A DNA stretch of 64,000 nt from Lama guanicoe (Eukaryota). A model generated the notes under the pieces. It searched no databases. It was not told the DNA's origin and saw only the letters and a program-made list of their open reading frames with translations. Position numbers and translations under genes: made by a program. The stretch covers positions 10,410,999 through 10,474,998 of the forward strand of contig MU057354.1 of NCBI GenBank assembly GCA_013239625.1. The letters run 5' to 3'. Below are positions 60,820 through 64,000 of this stretch, one piece after another. Within the stretch, counting starts at the first letter, position 1; the number at the start of each line of letters is the position of its first letter.

Positions 60820-62432
60820 TTTTCCTTTTAATTATCTATTTTTATCAAGTAATAATACATGCACATGACTTAGCATCAGTGTGACAAGATTTGTTAGTAA
60901 GAGCATTCTGCTGACCACTGCTTCCTATTTCCCCCTCACATCTTTGCGTTTTCTTATTAACCTCCATGTCTTTAAGAAACATGTTTATGTTTTAACTTCT
61001 TGATGTTCCAGTTTTAGACTGAAGAAAAATGAAGGCTTAACACTTTTGCAGTTGCCACCAACTACATATGTGCATATCTCCCTGATGCTCATCTGCCAAT
61101 ATAGTTCTATTTTTAAATACATTTTAAAAATTTTAGAATAGTTTTAGACTTATAGAAAAGTTGCAAGGATAGTTTAGAGGGTTCACGTATACTCTGCACC
61201 CAATTTCCAATATTGTTAAATCCCTTCTTTGTTTACTAAATACTAGTGTCCTATCTTTTCCCTCTTGAAGAGCTCTGTCTTAGAGCCTCAACGTGCTCCA
61301 ATGTAGACTGATTCATCTCTGAGTCTGCTAGATCTCTGCAGTCTTGGGAACTGCTTTCACCTGTGTCTCTCTCTTGTGTTGTTTTCTTGCTTCCTGGAGC
61401 CGACATCTGTCTCTGTCTGTGTGTCTTTCTCTCTATCTCATTCTCTCTCTTCTCTTTTGTTTACTCCCTCGTTTTCACGGAGCACATCCTGCGGGGAGAC
61501 CTTGTATGTCTGACAATGACTTGACAGTACTCTTACATTTAGTGGGTATTTGCCAGGTCTGGAGTTTCAGGAAGAAAACAGTGTTCCTTTGGTATTGTGA
61601 CGCTTTGCTCAGTTGTTTCCTACATTCCAGTGTTGTCCTTGTGACATTCAAGCCATTCTTCTTAATCCTTCTTATGAAGCCTGTTTTTAATTCTTGGATA
61701 TTTTTAGAATCTTCTTTGTCCCCACCTCTGGCATCTAAAACCTACCCCTGCTCTATTCTCTGGATGTTACAGGAATCTCATCTGCTCTTTTGGGTTTAAG
61801 AGCAATGAACTAAGCAGTATATTGAAAGCTGTGTGTGCAAGTATGTGACTTGCTGTCTGAGGGCCTTTCTATAACAGAACCTCCAGTGCCAGTCTGTATT
61901 TAATGCTCTTTCCTCTCGAGTTAGACTACTTAGAGTCCTCAGAAAAGGTGCTTCTAATCTCTTACTCACAGGGCAAAAGCCTGGCTGCTCACCTCTATTT
62001 TAATGTATAGTCTTTCAAGTCTGGAGACAGTACATTTTATATTGTGTGGAGATTAAAACTCCCGGGATGAGAAAGGAGCTGTTATCCAGCTTCACAGAGA
62101 AGGGGAGAAGACCTGAGACTCTACCTCCTTTTTCAGAAGACTATCGGTTATAATTTATAGTCCCAGTCTTCCCCCAGAGGTTAGTGGTATCATTAATTTA
62201 AATCTTTTGAGAATTCTTCTGTATAAAATTAAGTTGCTCCTCAGATGCCCAATTTAGGATTTAACTTTCTAGTCCATCTGCTTTCTAGTTTTCTATAATT
62301 TGTCACCATTGTGTTCTCTCCAATTATCTTTGTTCTTTTGATGCTATTTTAAAAATCCCCTTATTGTTCTGTTATTGAGATTTGAGCAAGGAATGGAAGC
62401 TAATGCACATGGTCAACCCACCATTTTAACAG
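60820..62432 (-). mobile_element. Ancient L1ME/HAL1-type fragments with an L1MC 3' end at about 61120-61220
   Basis: T-rich antisense LINE body; TTTTAGAATAGTTTTAGACTTATAGAAAAGTTGCAAGGATAG. Confidence 0.6.
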
Positions 62433-64000
62433 GTGTGACCCTGTCATTGACCCAGTTAGAGCAAATGCTTTAGAAAGGAAAAAGAAATTCACGTATTTAT
62501 ATCCATTTCCTCTCATTCGATGAGAAACTAGGGCAGAAACTAGAATAAATGCAGAATGTTTAATGATTTTAGATTTGCCTAAGCTAACTGGACTATTTTA
62601 AATTCATAAACCTTTCCTAACTCTTTAAATTTCAGTTTGAGTGTTATGAGTCACTAAAGCACAGAGTTCATGAGAAGGGAAAGCTGTTGCATCATGCTCC
62701 AAAACAACTCTCAGTGTTTACTGGAAAATTTTTTTTTTTTAAGGAGAGGAGGTTAAGTCTCCAGGAAGCTTATCTTAGTACTTTCAGATCAAAGGTATTC
62801 ACACAAGGACTGAATAAACACATTGGTTAATGCTGACGGCAAAGATTTTGATATGATATTAAGAAAAATACAAATCTTGGAACAAAGTAACTTTGGAAAG
62901 AATTAAGGATATCCTTCAAAATAAACTTTTTCACTATATTGTTAGGAGTGTACTAACTCGCCAATCTAAGCATGTGCTGGTGAAAACTGCATAATTGCAA
63001 GTCTTATTAGACAACTGTTTCTTGAATAATCATTCTGGGGTATTATCTTGAACTATCATATACTTTTAAAATAAGTTATATTTAAAATCATTGGAGTATA
63101 TATTTATTTATGATACAAGGCCCAAATATACAGGAATATTAAGCAGTTTTTGGATTGTTTCTTTAGATTCTTTCTATCAAAACAATGTGTAACAATGGGA
63201 TGAACAAGATTAGCTTTCAAATTTTGATTTGGAGATATGCTCTGCAAGATTTTCTATACTTTTATTCTCTTTTAAAAAAAGGCAGAACAGCCCATCTTAA
63301 AATAATTATGCTCTGCTCTATATACCTGTTCCTGAGAAAATTAGACCTAGAGATAGGATTTGTAATAGAAGCAGCTTTCTATAAGGACAATTATAGAAGA
63401 GTTTCCAAAGTGTTCATATCCTTTAATTTTTATTTCAAGGAATTTTTCTTGCCTCAGATGAGAACCTTTGTAAGTGCATCCTGCATGAGAGGTTATAGTC
63501 TTTGTTACAGGAATCTAAGGCCATAAAACCCTTAAATGAGGCTCTGCCTCCCTTCACAATTTCTGAAGTGCATACCTGCTCTTCAACATTCTTCTACAAA
63601 ACATTAAAAAGGAGAGAGACATTATTAAAAAGAGGAAAAGCTGCTTGAGCATTTTATAAGGTTAACATTTATGACAAACATTAGGTGATGAGCTCCCTCA
63701 CAGAAACCATGAACCAGAGAACTGGTTTGGGTGTAAAAAATCAGGAAACACTATGCCCTGAAAGATGACAGTGATACTAGAAAACTTCTGAGTCCACTGA
63801 TTTGGGTTCTACTTTGTGACTCCTGCTGCAAATGGCCACTGAGGTACACTAATAAACCTTATTGTCCTTTTTTTAATGGCAGTGAAAAGAAATATTAAAA
63901 CTGCTATAGAGACTGAATATGGAAGTAGGGACCCCAAATATGAAGCAGACAACTGCCAAATTTGGGAGTATCTTTTACTAAAGGAAATCCTTTGGGAAAA

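Overview
Mammalian genomic DNA, probably a cetartiodactyl and most likely a camelid (inferred from the L1 3' ends and the apparent absence of Alu, B1, Bov-tA, PRE1 or CHR SINEs). Two genes are clear. SSTR1 (somatostatin receptor 1, + strand, CDS 2167-3339) has a 151-N gap exactly the size of the missing sequence. CLEC14A (- strand, CDS 41962-40487) converges on it. Each lies in a CpG island. The rest is mostly MIR, L2, L1, MaLR/ERVL and MER5 debris. The most interesting signal is in the interval between the two genes. On the minus strand I can read about 15 non-repeat segments bounded by splice signals (about 34134 down to 6781). Many join in compatible phase and translate into protein-like sequence with scattered stops and two broken acceptors. 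This looks like an unannotated, decayed multi-exon gene (unitary pseudogene or lncRNA remnant), with an RFX X-box-like motif just upstream. I cannot name the protein family, and the model was built by eye, so it needs comparative confirmation. Smaller observations include a perfect 47-nt palindrome abutting an AATAAA in the SSTR1 3' UTR, an SSTR1 uORF, an apparently shifted 5' UTR splice acceptor, and a perfect palindromic X-box at 56861.
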